Positions 40,127 to 51,599 of a stretch of DNA of 64,000 bases are shown here, piece after piece. Both the position numbers and the translations under genes were made by a program. The DNA is from a virus. The stretch is taken from the IMG/VR virus record IMGVR_UViG_3300037515_000188, positions 1 to 64,000 of that record. One strand, written 5' to 3'. Below the pieces are notes generated by a model, which worked only from the letters and a program-made list of their open reading frames with translations, made no database searches and was not told the origin of the DNA. Numbering within the stretch: the stretch's first letter is position 1; every line of letters begins with the position of its first letter.

Positions 40127-40315
40127 ATGAATGATGTACTGTATGTACTTTCCAGATGTAAATCAAAGACTGGCATAGAACGTTACAATACCACGCATTT
40201 TGGAACAGAACATGAAACCTTGTGTGGTAAAAAGGTTAATGAAATGTGGTGGATTGAAACTGATAACATACCAGTTACATGTAGAAAATGTATATCTAAA
40301 TATTGTGAACCATAA
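40127..40315 (+). CDS. small Zn-binding hypothetical protein
   Basis: H...TLCG...VTCRKC. Confidence 0.7.
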   Translation: MNDVLYVLSRCKSKTGIERYNTTHFGTEHETLCGKKVNEMWWIETDNIPVTCRKCISKYCEP

Positions 40316-40342
40316 ATTAATTACTCTTAATGGAATTTAATC

Positions 40343-40642
40343 ATGAGATCAAGTTTTAATTATAAAGTAAAACAGATACCATCAATAGGTGATGTTGTAG
40401 TTATTGTAGATCGGTCTACAGATGATGATAATTACATGTCAGTAACTAATGATGCAGAAAATGTAGTAGAACATATTGTTCACGATATAGAATATATACC
40501 AGATAGATTTGTATATTGCGATACAATGAATACATGGAGTGAATTAGAAGTTGAAACAGATGGTAAATTTTGTGGATTTTTACCATTAGGAGAAGATTTT
40601 TCGTTTGACATTTTGAAAAATTATTGTTATAATGAAGTCTGA
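40343..40642 (+). CDS. hypothetical protein
   Basis: SVTNDAENVV...Y.DT...W motif of a small phage protein family. Confidence 0.75.
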   Translation: MRSSFNYKVKQIPSIGDVVVIVDRSTDDDNYMSVTNDAENVVEHIVHDIEYIPDRFVYCDTMNTWSELEVETDGKFCGFLPLGEDFSFDILKNYCYNEV

Positions 40643-40650
40643 TAAATAAG

Positions 40651-40900
40651 GATAGGAATGACATATAACAGAGATGTACCTGTTAGTGGAGAAGGTAATT
40701 CCTTAGAGGAAAAACTTCGCTGAAGCTTAGATGTTATGTATGATGAACAGTCTGTTGCCGGGACTTGAATGGTTCGACCTATCAGCGCAATTAGATCAAT
40801 GATGGGTTAATAGATAGACGTATCGACGGAACTGTTGACTATAGAGCGGGATGGCAACCCGGTCATACATAGACGGAATAATACACCGTCCATTCCTATC
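40651..40900 (+). ncRNA. ~250-nt multibranched structured RNA
   Basis: gataggaatg/cattcctatc closing stem, internal tatgtatga/tcatacata, gttgcc/ggcaac, gacgg/ccgtc, taacag/ctgtta; early and late promoters upstream. Confidence 0.65.
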
Positions 40901-41183
40901 ATTATTTTTAATATTTCATAATTTATAATAGGTTATAAATATGGACACCTTAGAACTTATATTAACCAATCCGTTATTGTATATTGCCGGGTCTTTATTG
41001 TGTATTGTTCTTGTAATAGAATATGGAAGAGAAAATGATAATTTTCCTTTATGGTGTTCTTTCACTATATTTATTTCCCTATTGTTAATTTTTATTGCTT
41101 CATCTAAAATATTATGATATAATTATACCTCAATAAAACCATATACCTTAATGTCAACGTGAAGTATTAATTGGAACCTGAAC

Positions 41184-41716
41184 ATGAAAACATTAGAAGA
41201 ATGTAAAGCAGCAATAGATGAAATCTCGGAAATATGCAAAAAGCATGGAATACTCCTTGTAGGAACATGCAATAACGAAGGTATATACGGAGAAATTACT
41301 ATTGAAGATATTGATGATGTATTTGATATTTCAGTTCGTAAAGCGGACAATATTCTTAGATTTGAATATGAGAATTATGTAATTACTGGAATTAATCCTT
41401 ATTTTGATACTGCTAGAGAAGATAATACATGAATAATCCAAATGATTACAAAACAGAATTAGATAATATTCTTTTTCTTATCCGATCAGTGCATCCTGAC
41501 CCTGAATTTTCAGGAACCGCATATGATGGAGTGAACTGGTTACAACAGGAATATTTAAAGGAAATATTTTCTGATGACCATCCTGATATAGAAGTGATGG
41601 ATGATCTTGGAAATGAGCACACGATTCATTGGGAATATGGAGATGCATCTGTGGGTATTCAAAGTGGATATGTAATAGATGGCATGGTTGTTATTGATGA
41701 AATGAGAACCGAATAA
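41184..41716 (+). CDS. two hypothetical genes (41184-41432, 41429-41716)
   Basis: ATGA-coupled ORFs. Confidence 0.7.
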
Positions 41717-41817
41717 TCACTAAATAATAGTCGAAAATCCAAACGATTTTTCAGTTTTCGTTTTCAAAACCCTAATTGTTTTTTGACTTTTTGTGCTTAA
41801 TAGGATAAGATAATATC

Positions 41818-42138
41818 ATGCCAGCAAAGTTGTTAACAAAAGAATATCGTTACTTATCTGAATTTGATGATGAGACGATATCATTTCTTGCCAGTGTCTT
41901 ATCATACAATAATATTACTGGGTCTGGTCTAACATATAAATTAATGGTGTGTCTCGAATATTTGAATAGGTTGTTTAATCATAATGTATATGATAATGAT
42001 ACTGGAGATAACATATTAAAAACCTTTCATGAACGATATGGTGTCACAATGGAAACATTTGTTATTCTCGGGTTAGATGATGATATTAATAAAGTGTTAA
42101 ATAGGGGAAACCTATTTTCTTCGGTTTATAAAGGTTGA
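41818..42138 (+). CDS. hypothetical protein (leaderless)
   Basis: TTGACT-17-TAAGAT-6-ATG. Confidence 0.7.
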   Translation: MPAKLLTKEYRYLSEFDDETISFLASVLSYNNITGSGLTYKLMVCLEYLNRLFNHNVYDNDTGDNILKTFHERYGVTMETFVILGLDDDINKVLNRGNLFSSVYKG

Positions 42139-42573
42139 ATAATTTAAGTATATTTTATCTAAATTATAATTTAAGAACATGATGTAAGTTTATGTCAATG
42201 ATGAAAATGTATTAATGATCTATCAATCTTATTCTTTATTATTTGCAATTTAAAACTCCATTATAATTCCATTGGGAATTTTTAATGATTTTTTAGCCTA
42301 CCCCGCCCGATAATATTCCATTTGATTATATTGAAAAAGTCTAATATAACCAAAAGTTATATAACATAATTTTAACATAATTTTAACATAATTTTAACAT
42401 AATCAAAAGTTATAATCTCCCATAGCAAGCCATAGGCATAATTTACGCATTATGCGCACCGTCTTATATAATATCATAAAACAATATAAAATGTAAGGGG
42501 TTGACAAGCTTGATTTATTATGGTATTATATAGATAATGGGAGATGTGAGTTTCCTAAAAGTTAAAAGTACGG

Positions 42574-42660
42574 ATTTCCGCCTGCTCATGGCCTTCTCTC
42601 CGATGCTTCGCAGTCCTATTGTTTATTGTTGGGAGCGGATTGCTTCTTCTTCGATTTCAA
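42574..42660 (-). ncRNA. conserved 87-nt element, copy 3
   Basis: Near-identical to 9761-9847. Confidence 0.6.
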
Positions 42661-42785
42661 AATCATTATATCATAATAAGTAAAAAAATACAAGGGTTTT
42701 ATTCATGATAACATTTTTCATTGACCATATAGGAAAAAAATGTTATACTTGGCTAATTAATGGAATTATTCAGGAAAATTAAATA

Positions 42786-43288
42786 ATGAACAAGCCTTGT
42801 TATGTATCTGAATTAGATAGTGATCGACTTGAATATATTTATACATCTGCTAACCCTACGGATTTTTATAAGGAACGAGTACCAGTATTATCAGATGAAA
42901 ATTTCAGAATATTAGTAGATGCATATAATGAATTAGTTCAACTATATTATCGCGGAGAAGTAGAATGAAGAAATTAGTGATAGAAGATCATGAAGAAATT
43001 GATGTTAATGATACTACGTTAGGTAATTTGATTTTTTTATTGGAAGAATATCGTACAAAATACGGTGAAGATGCATATTTTTCAATGGATGCTGAATATG
43101 ATGATTATGATAGGATACGATGTTTCCGTACACGTATATTGTTTCAACGGAATGAAACGGATATCGAATATGACAAGCGGGTAAAAACATTGAAAATAAA
43201 GCGTGAACAAAGAAAAGCTGCCAAATTGACAACGGAAGAATATGAACGTAAATTGTTACAAAAATTGAAAGAGAAATACGAAAAGTAG
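42786..43288 (+). CDS. two hypothetical genes (42786-42968, 42965-43288)
   Basis: Promoter, RBS, coupled. Confidence 0.75.
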
Positions 43289-43361
43289 ACATTATTTTAC
43301 TTGACCTAATGGTGGAATCATGTTAAAATGGTTCCACCATTCAACAATACAGGAAAGAAAA

Positions 43362-43697
43362 ATGTCTCTTACCTTTGCTGAAATTTTTGAAAAAGCTTGT
43401 AAAGCCGCGCAAGAAAGTAGCGATTATGCAGAAGCTACTACAGATCATTGGTATCCTTGCGGTTTCGCATGGATCAATATCAAACCTGCCCGTGGACCCT
43501 TCATTTCATGGTGTCGGAAAAATGCTATCGGTGGAAAAGCATATGAAGGTGGTTGGAATATTACTTCTTATGCGGTGTGCCGACAAACTGCTACATGGTC
43601 TCAGAGCATGGTTGTAAAAAGTGCTGGTGTAGATGCCGCCGTTAGAGTGTTGCGCGAAAATGGTATCAATGCCTACCCATGTAACCGCATGGATTAA
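43362..43697 (+). CDS. conserved phage hypothetical protein
   Basis: CGFAW.NIKPARG, QS...K..G..A...VL...GI.A....R.D. Confidence 0.8.
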   Translation: MSLTFAEIFEKACKAAQESSDYAEATTDHWYPCGFAWINIKPARGPFISWCRKNAIGGKAYEGGWNITSYAVCRQTATWSQSMVVKSAGVDAAVRVLRENGINAYPCNRMD

Positions 43698-43748
43698 TCT
43701 AACAAGCTGGGAAAGGTTAGATACCTTTTCCGACTTTACTGTCTTAAA

Positions 43749-44853
43749 ATGGAATATACACTAATGCCCGATGTAACAGAAAATAATTGTACTCATGAAA
43801 ATTTTACAACGATTAAAAATGTAGGATATGATGCTGATCCTACCGGAGAAGAAAACCAACATATAGACAATTGTTTGGATTGCGGATGTTGCCGCTGGCG
43901 TATCGAAAGGTTACAAAATTTTACAGATTATCATCTAATACTCGGAGAATGGGGTAGTAATTGGTACTGGGTTTAATAAAAATATATCTTGAAAATAGTT
44001 GATTATTATGGTATGATATGCCATATCAAATGACCTAGTAAGGAAAATCAATCATGTATATTGTTTATGACATAGAGACTACAAAAATTGTAAAATCCTA
44101 TGATCTGGAACGGACAGCAAAAGCATTAGTCACCAGATTAAACAATGAAGCAACGTTCGCCGTTATTGCCTATACGGATGAAGATAATTATTATGCCAAT
44201 ATCGAAAAAATGATAGAACGCACTAATCTCATGACTGGTAAAAAATTTCTTGAAAGTGTAAATGTTCCTTATTGTTGTTCGCCATCATCTGAAACTTATT
44301 GGAGTTCATAATAAATATTCCTTGAAAATATCTGATTATTATGGTATGATATACCATATCAGATGACCTATAAAGGGAATCGGACATGAACGACACTAAA
44401 AGCTGGAAAACAATTGCCTATACCATTGAACGCACATTATTCTGGATTCTGTTAGTGGTGTCACTTTCATTCAACATCCTCGGATGGAATGATTATACTA
44501 CTATGGAATCACAAGTTAAATACATGAAAATGGAATTTGTTGATGATGTAGTAGGATATAATTATTGCGATAGAGAAGATAATATTTAAAAACTTCTGTA
44601 CAATGGTTTAGCAATATGATATAATGATTACATCATTTAAGGAATAACTTTAATGACTACTGATCCCGATTTTTTCAAAAAGCTGTATCTTTATAAAACT
44701 GCATTTTCGCCTTTGCATGATAGATATGTCGGTATTAAAAAGGTGCAAAGAGATGCATTTGGCGGCTATTGGATTACTGCTCATGTTACTGGATATCCTG
44801 AATACGAAACTTATTTATTCCGTCCGTTTGAATTGACAATGTATTGTCTCTGA
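43749..44853 (+). CDS. four small hypothetical genes (43749-43976, 44054-44311, 44386-44589, 44653-44853)
   Basis: Most have their own promoter. 44054 has the RTNLMTG..F.E....P.CCSPSSETYWS phage motif. Confidence 0.75.
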
Positions 44854-44868
44854 TTGGAGTATAAGTTA

Positions 44869-45213
44869 ATGGCTTACATGACTACAGAAAATGCCAAGCG
44901 TATCCGCACGGAATTGAAGAAATCTTTTCCAGAATTTAAATTTTCTGTAAAGAAAGGTTCTGGTAATTTGAGCATTGATGTAACCATTCTATCCGGTCCC
45001 GTAATTTTTGATTCGGAACGTCCCGATCATTCAGATTTAAATCCCTATTATCTGAATAAGTATGAACATTCAGAAATTCTTGAAAGAATGATTGCTATTA
45101 TCAATAATGGTAACTGGGATAAATCCGACATCATGACAGACTATTTCAATGTCGGATGGTACGTACATTTTCATCAAGGGAAATGGGACAAGCCTTATAT
45201 TCTTACACAATAA
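44869..45213 (+). CDS. LPD29-like domain protein
   Basis: AK.IR.ELKK.FP.FKFSV, D.SD.MTDYF.VGWY. Confidence 0.7.
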   Translation: MAYMTTENAKRIRTELKKSFPEFKFSVKKGSGNLSIDVTILSGPVIFDSERPDHSDLNPYYLNKYEHSEILERMIAIINNGNWDKSDIMTDYFNVGWYVHFHQGKWDKPYILTQ

Positions 45214-45292
45214 TACAAAAATGTATTGACAATAAATCCATAATTTGATATAATCGTTACACGATTTAAAGACAAGACGGAGAAATAAGTTC

Positions 45293-46006
45293 ATGTCTAT
45301 TCGTAAATTGATTACCGACCTTAATGGTAATTCAGTATGGGCTACTGAAAAACAATGTAATGCCATTGATGTATTGAAAGAGACCAATGCCGGTGGAATT
45401 GCCGGTATAAATGGTTATATACCGACTACTAATTATACTACGCCACCTGTTCAGAACATGCAGATCATTACCCGCTTCAACTATGAAAAGCTGCTACAGC
45501 GCCGTTTAAATGCCTATGCAGGAATTTCTTTTGACGATGTTAAACCTTATATTACAGGTAAATTAGTATCCCTTCCAGAAACAGGACAGCGTACCTTGTT
45601 TTTCCAGCGGTTACAGCAGGAAATTGATTCCGCTACCAAAACGATTGACGGAGATCGTTCAGACTCGCATCGTCAAGGACATGACCGCTGCTATGTACGC
45701 TTTACGGAAGGTATCAGCGCCCATCTAGTGACTGAAAAAGGTTCGGATGGTCTGATGCATCCTGTATTGTCTGATGGGTATCCTACCGTTGATTCTATCA
45801 TGGTATCATTCCTTGAACTGAATAGGACAATTGTAAAACAGGGAGTTCGCAAAATTATTAATAGTGGTCCCAGTGTTTTGATGAAGAATGCCATTGATAA
45901 AGTATTGAATCAGCGTAGCGTAGGGATTCGCAAAATTTCCCTGAAGGAAAATAACTTCGATAGTCTGAATATCAGCAAGAATAGTATAGTACCGGATAAT
46001 ATTTAA
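45293..46006 (+). CDS. hypothetical protein, paralog of 23939..24691
   Basis: See paralog; consensus TTGACA/TATAAT promoter. Confidence 0.85.
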   Translation: MSIRKLITDLNGNSVWATEKQCNAIDVLKETNAGGIAGINGYIPTTNYTTPPVQNMQIITRFNYEKLLQRRLNAYAGISFDDVKPYITGKLVSLPETGQRTLFFQRLQQEIDSATKTIDGDRSDSHRQGHDRCYVRFTEGISAHLVTEKGSDGLMHPVLSDGYPTVDSIMVSFLELNRTIVKQGVRKIINSGPSVLMKNAIDKVLNQRSVGIRKISLKENNFDSLNISKNSIVPDNI

Positions 46007-46024
46007 CAGACTAGGAAAAATATC

Positions 46025-46219
46025 ATGAATGCTAAGACAAATTCTGAAGATATGTTGGATTGTCCATTTTGTAAATCTAAACCAGTATTGCTAAGACCAA
46101 AAGAATTTACTTTTACTGTATCATGTGTGAATTGCAAGTGTAATGGAAATAATCCATACTCTTATGCAGGAACTAAAAAGGCTGCAATTAATAAGTGGAA
46201 TACACGATCATCGGAGTAG
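46025..46219 (+). CDS. Lar-family restriction alleviation protein
   Basis: L.CPFC...V.C..C.C...AI.KWN.R. Confidence 0.75.
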   Translation: MNAKTNSEDMLDCPFCKSKPVLLRPKEFTFTVSCVNCKCNGNNPYSYAGTKKAAINKWNTRSSE

Positions 46220-46229
46220 GAAAAACATC

Positions 46230-46421
46230 ATGTTTATAATTCATTGCTCAGATAATAAAGGAATAACATTATGCGGTGATGCTGATTCTATCATTCATTT
46301 AGCATATTTATTTGAACAAAACAAGATAGAATTTACTGTATCCGATAAATTTGGAACAATGGATCAAGATCAATTTGGATTCAGTGATTTTAAATTTTGG
46401 ATGATTAAAAAAAATTATTAA
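46230..46421 (+). CDS. hypothetical protein
   Basis: AGGA RBS. Confidence 0.65.
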   Translation: MFIIHCSDNKGITLCGDADSIIHLAYLFEQNKIEFTVSDKFGTMDQDQFGFSDFKFWMIKKNY

Positions 46422-46460
46422 TACTTGACAAAATAATTGAATTATAGTATTATTATAAAT

Positions 46461-46570
46461 GAAAGTGAAAGAGTAAGATAAATAGGAAAGTGGAAAAGTA
46501 AGATAAATTGGAGAAGTAAGATAAATAGGAAAGTGGAAAAGTAAGATAAATTGGAAAGAAAGTGTAAGAG
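46461..46570 (+). repeat. purine-rich tandem repeat (AGTAAGATAAAT(A/T)GGA x4)
   Basis: Directly visible; follows TTGACA-17-TATTAT. Confidence 0.85.
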
Positions 46571-46651
46571 AATTGCTGATGTGATTTTGCATTAGGAGCC
46601 AGTGGGTACACCAGTGAACAGAAATCGTAGCCGCGACTGGCATTTTTTTTA

Positions 46652-46773
46652 AAATGAAATAGTGGTTTAGAGAGGATTGACAAAAATCTATTGATGCCAC
46701 TTAATGGATTACAAATCAATCGACCGTGGCAAGGTAAATCGGAACCGATAGGAACCGGGCCACTTTTTCATTT
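46652..46773 (+). ncRNA. pseudoknotted RNA motif, copy C
   Basis: ATTGACAAAAATCT..TGCCAC..TACAAATCAATCGACCGTGGCAAGGTAAATCGG with compensatory changes vs copies A and B. Confidence 0.75.
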
Positions 46774-46796
46774 ATAATCAAACAAAGGATTTATTC

Positions 46797-47024
46797 ATGA
46801 TTAAAATAATTATAATTTGTATGATATTTGGCTTACTTGCGGGATGTAATGAATATTATTCAGAATGGCAAAATGCTCCAACATGTTATACTTGTACTGA
46901 AGCAGAAATGAATAGAGTACAAAATGAAGCAAAATGGTGTAAGGAAAATACTACTTATAAAGATACTTATTGCTTCGGTTCAGCCATTATGAGAATATGT
47001 CAAAAAAGGAATGTGAACCGATAA
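46797..47024 (+). CDS. lipoprotein
   Basis: Lipobox LAGC. Confidence 0.75.
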   Translation: MIKIIIICMIFGLLAGCNEYYSEWQNAPTCYTCTEAEMNRVQNEAKWCKENTTYKDTYCFGSAIMRICQKRNVNR

Positions 47025-47046
47025 TAGATATAATCAGAGATTAAAA

Positions 47047-47471
47047 ATGTCTAAATATACATTTATTAAAGAATTTTCTTTCGATCATCCAGATGTAAAA
47101 AGAACTATTCGCATCGAGATATGGCAGGATAACGAGCAAGATTATACATTCGCCGTTGATTCCATATTCTTAGATAAAAGTAAAACATTTTTTAACCCAT
47201 TCAACGGAGAGTGTGAAGTTATAGACGTTAGCCTTCCGGCACAATAATTTTATAACATAATATCATGCTATCAGAAGGAAAGACAAGGGAAAAGGCTCGT
47301 AAACTTTCGATAGAAGGTAATTGTATAGTATACGTTACTGAAAAACAATATACTGGTGGAAGAATAGATTATAATTATTGCGGAGCCGATGCGTTTCATT
47401 CTTTAAATACATGGTTTGAAGATGAAACCATAATTGCAACATACAAAAACGGTATAGAACAAAGAGATTAA
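47047..47471 (+). CDS. two hypothetical genes (47047-47247, 47265-47471)
   Basis: Contiguous ORFs. Confidence 0.65.
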
Positions 47472-47512
47472 AATTCTTGACAATCTACCATGATCCGTGC
47501 TATAATATTCCA

Positions 47513-47640
47513 TATTCAATAGATTTAGTGTAACGGTAGCACGACCTGCAATGGCAGGTAGCAGGCAGTTCGATTCTGCAATAGGGATTGGTTCCGGCTG
47601 ACAACTAAGAATGGTTCGACTCCATAGCTATTGAATACAA
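47513..47640 (+). ncRNA. second tRNA-like RNA with a D-arm and two T-arms
   Basis: tattcaatag/ctattgaata stem; TAGTGTAACGGTAGCAC D-arm; GCAG-TTCGATT-CTGC and ATGG-TTCGACT-CCAT; own TTGACA/TATAAT promoter. Confidence 0.7.
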
Positions 47641-47664
47641 ATTTCTGTTAATACGGAACAGATA

Positions 47665-48126
47665 ATGAATAAAATTAATGTAAATGATAAATTCAAGATA
47701 ATGGAATTAGCATCTAAGTATCTGTTAGATGAATTAAAAACAAATACAGATGTTTTATCATCGCCAGAAATAGTAAAAATATTCTTGCACACTCATATGT
47801 ACGGAAAAAAGAATGAGTGTTTTTGTGTTCTTTTTCTAACCTCGCAACATAATTTAATTGCATTTGAAGAATTGTTTCATGGTTCAATAAATAGTTCAGC
47901 AGTTTATCCTCGGGTAGTAGCTATGCGAGCATTAGAATTAAATGCAAGTGCCGTTATTTTTGCGCATAATCATCCGGGGGGAATAGCTAATCCAAGCCTT
48001 GAAGATAAAAATATTACAAAGGTATTAACCAAAGCCCTAGAACTATTTGAGATTAAAGTATTGGATCATCTAATTATAGGAAACGGAAATAATACTACAA
48101 GTATGAAGGAACAAGGAATGATTTGA
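47665..48126 (+). CDS. radC: RadC-like JAB domain protein
   Basis: E.F.VLFL, LF.G.I....VYPR, AHNHPGG...PS.ED..IT, LDHLIIG. Confidence 0.9.
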   Translation: MNKINVNDKFKIMELASKYLLDELKTNTDVLSSPEIVKIFLHTHMYGKKNECFCVLFLTSQHNLIAFEELFHGSINSSAVYPRVVAMRALELNASAVIFAHNHPGGIANPSLEDKNITKVLTKALELFEIKVLDHLIIGNGNNTTSMKEQGMI

Positions 48127-48197
48127 AACAATGATCTAAATGTGCTATACTATGTTCCATAGTTGATATAAATTTTAAGAAAAATAGAGAAATAATC

Positions 48198-48551
48198 ATG
48201 AGTACAAAAACAATTAGTAATTGTGATGATATTATCGATTCGAGAGATATTATAGAACGTATAAGTGATCTTGAAGATTTGCGTGATAATAATATCATTA
48301 ATGATGAAGAAAGTAATGAACTTGCCAGTCTAAAAACATTACAAGAAGAAGTTAAAAGCTTTTCATCGGAATGGGAATATGGAGTTACGCTAATCCACAA
48401 TAACTATTTCACAGAATATGCCATAGATGAACTTGGGAATTTACCGAAAGACCATATCGTCATAGATAAAGAAGCCATCGCGTATAATATTCAAGAGGAT
48501 TATACATCGGTGGAGTTTAATGGTTCTACATATTGGATACTTTCATCCTGA
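48198..48551 (+). CDS. acidic ArdA-like (antirestriction) protein
   Basis: Acidic; TLI...YF.EYA.DE...LP....ID....A.....DY..V. Confidence 0.5.
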   Translation: MSTKTISNCDDIIDSRDIIERISDLEDLRDNNIINDEESNELASLKTLQEEVKSFSSEWEYGVTLIHNNYFTEYAIDELGNLPKDHIVIDKEAIAYNIQEDYTSVEFNGSTYWILSS

Positions 48552-48673
48552 TAGGAGTAATTAATATGCCTATTATCTTAATGATTATGGCTACTATCAT
48601 TGTATTAATAGCTACTCATCTTATAGGACATGATCGACAAATTTTGTAATACATCATTATCGGAGTAAATGCT

Positions 48674-51196
48674 ATGAAGCGTTTATTTGTTGGTATCACA
48701 CCATCTGCATCGCGTGAAGTATTTCAATCGTTTATAACACCTACAGCAGATACGCATGGTGAAAAATATCTAGCATGCATTGGTCCCTTTCGTACTCGTA
48801 AAGCTGCTAATTTTATGTCTACTCATGGTAGAAATAATCCACATCTGCAAACGGTTGCGGATGCTGAACGCATAGTAAAACTTTTAAATTAACTTGATAT
48901 AATCCTAACATTATAATATAATATTCCATATTGAATAAGTAATTTAAAGGAAGAATATCATGAACTATACCTATGTAATCGACTATTCGGACTACGGATG
49001 GTATGTTGAATGGTATACGGATTCTGATAATGGATCAGGATTAGGGGACAATCCTAAAGTTCAATACTGGTATGGAACACGGGATGAATGCTATGACCGG
49101 GTTATGGAAGCGCCATGCGAAGATGCATGGTTTGATATGTAAAATAATCAAAAGGTATAAACTATGAAGGATTTATTTAATGTATTTTTTGATAAACCAG
49201 ATGCATTGGATCGTTTAATAGAATGGATCAATCAGGAACCTGAAGATAAGCTTTTTCAGTTTAATCGTGAAGTATTATCCATTATACGTGACTGGACCAA
49301 GGATCGTCAACGTATCGCAGACTTGGAAGATGCATTAAGACCATTCGCACATCCTGATTTGTGCAAGATGTTAAGCGGTAATGTTAAAGGTGATGCAAGT
49401 ATTGTTTTTCAAAGAGATAATGCTTTCTTGAGGATCGGAGATTTTGCACGAGCACAAAAGCTTTTAGCTAACGATTAATAAATATCTTTATGATTAATTC
49501 TCATTGTCTCATATCATTTGATCCTAATCGTCATGAAATGGATCGTGTATATTTTAATCCAAATTTTGATGCGGTGGACTGGGTAGAAGAATCTTTTAAA
49601 ATCGCCCCATCTGGTGGATACTTGTGCGGAGTGTTTAAAATAGTATTTCCTTCTACACTGTTATTGATTGATGTGAGATATGCTTAAATACATCTAAAGA
49701 GGAATAACATCATGACTACTATTAATGATCTTGAAACATATGTTACAAAATTAGAGGAACTTGTTTTACAGGGTGAAAGAATAGTAGAAGATTTCTTACC
49801 TAATATTGGAAAATGTGCATTACAAAATTACGCACAGCTTAATGAATTTTTAATTGCTGCCAGTTCATTGCGAAACAGTATTAAGGATCGAGTGAATTAA
49901 AAGCGGGTGTTCTTAGATAACGTTTGATATAATCCTGTCACTATACTATAATAGCGGAATGAATGATCGAATAAGTGATGAACGGATTACTGCGATTGAG
50001 GACATGCGCTTTAAAAATGTAATGGTTTCACCGCATCCGGCACGTTCAGATTTGGTAATGGAATTGATGAAGGCCCTTAAAGCCGAGCGCGCCCATGCTG
50101 TAGAATTGGAAAAACTCTTAAATAAATCTTGATATAATCCTGCCACTATGGTATACTAATATTTCAATAGGGAGATAAATTAATGAAGCCTACCTCTATC
50201 AGTTTTGAAAAAGAAAGTGTTGTTGACAATGAGAAGATACTCGCTATCCGATTGAAAGACAACATTGTTGAACTTGAATGCGGTAATAGCGTTTATCTTC
50301 ATGTTAATGACATTGATTGGATAGTTGATGTATTATCGCAACTAAATGATCCAATCTGAATAAGAATTGGTATAACAATCTAGGAACCAATTGTACACTC
50401 TGAAAGGAAACAACATAAAGCGCAGGAGTCTGATACCATGACTAGAGAAAAACTGCAAGATTACCAGAGAACAAAAACCGTGTATGAATGGGACTTTGAG
50501 GTAACTGACAAGTATGGTGACGTGATCGACCATAATCATATGGATCATCTACCAGTCAAGACTAATCTAACTGGTGAAAAAAACAACAAAGGTGATTTGG
50601 TCCTTATTCGTGATAGTGGCACGGATGCAGATGGTTTGCAGGATCGTCAGTGGGCTTACACCGAGCATGACGATGCTGGCTACCTGCAACTGCCATCGCA
50701 CTTTGATGGTGGATACAAAGTTCCGTCCAGATATCATACCGAACTGAAGAGATGGCAAGGAGATTAACACCATGACGAAAATCAAACGCACTGCAAAATG
50801 GATGAAGTATTTAACCATAGCAGAATTACGTCATATGAAAGATTGGCAGAAATCTTTAACGCTGAAAAGTTTTGTAGTTAACCGTGAGTATCAAACAAAA
50901 TCAAACGGGATAATTTGTTGGGAATGTAAAACGATTGAGAAAAAGTTATTGAAGGCTGGAGTACGATTGCCATTCAGCTTGACATAATCATCTTAATATG
51001 GTATAGTATTATTATGTCCTATATACTTAAACGAACGGATCAAAGTAGTGGCTATGTAGCCAAGTCTGGTTGCTCTCATAGTTATACAAACAAGATAGCA
51101 GAAGTTCTAAGGTTTGCTACCTATGAAGAGGCTAAGACAAATGCCTGCGGAAATGAAATTGTAGTTAATCTTGACCAAGCTGATCTAGTAATCTGA
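48674..51196 (+). CDS. run of small early hypothetical genes (48674, 48960, 49164, 49490, 49712, 49959, 50183, 50438, 50772, 51014)
   Basis: Short ORFs, many with a repeated TTGA(T/C)ATAATC...TATAAT-type promoter. Confidence 0.7.
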
Positions 51197-51235
51197 GCAT
51201 ATATCATAGACCGTAACATTAAAAAACAAGTTTGG

Positions 51236-51530
51236 AAAAAAATTAACTTTGTTTTAAAAGTACCCTTATATAATGGTGGGGGTGGAACTCAGTTTTCAGG
51301 GTCTGTATATACTTATTTTTATATTTCATGAAAAATTTATATTAACCATATTTTTATATCTTTTAATAATAATTATATACTTATCTTTACATAAAATTTT
51401 ATATTAATATACTTTATACGTATTTTTATACCCTATTATATTATAAAAAATTAGCTCTGTTTTAAAATTACTCTTATATTATAATAGCGTAAATCTCAGT
51501 TTTCAGGGTCTGTATATACTTATCTTTACA
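51236..51530. repeat. ~85-bp direct repeat pair at the convergent strand switch
   Basis: ctcagttttcagggtctgtatatacttat at 51288-51316 and 51495-51523, with homologous upstream flanks. Confidence 0.85.
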
Positions 51531-51599
51531 TTATATCTAAAATTAAACATTTCTAAAATTTCCATTTAATGTATCATATATAACGCATTAGACCCTTTA

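Larger units (their letters stand above)
41741..42695. repeat. Repeated intergenic module 3 (contains ORF 41818-42138 and an 11-bp x4 tandem repeat at 42362-42403)
   Basis: A-box, ATTCCATTGG box, promoter pair and 87-nt element as in modules 1 and 2. Confidence 0.85.

Noticed and set aside
46308-46719. Minus-strand ORFs of 130 and 88 aa
   Set aside because: They are shadows of the purine repeat and structured RNA, low in complexity, with no RBS.
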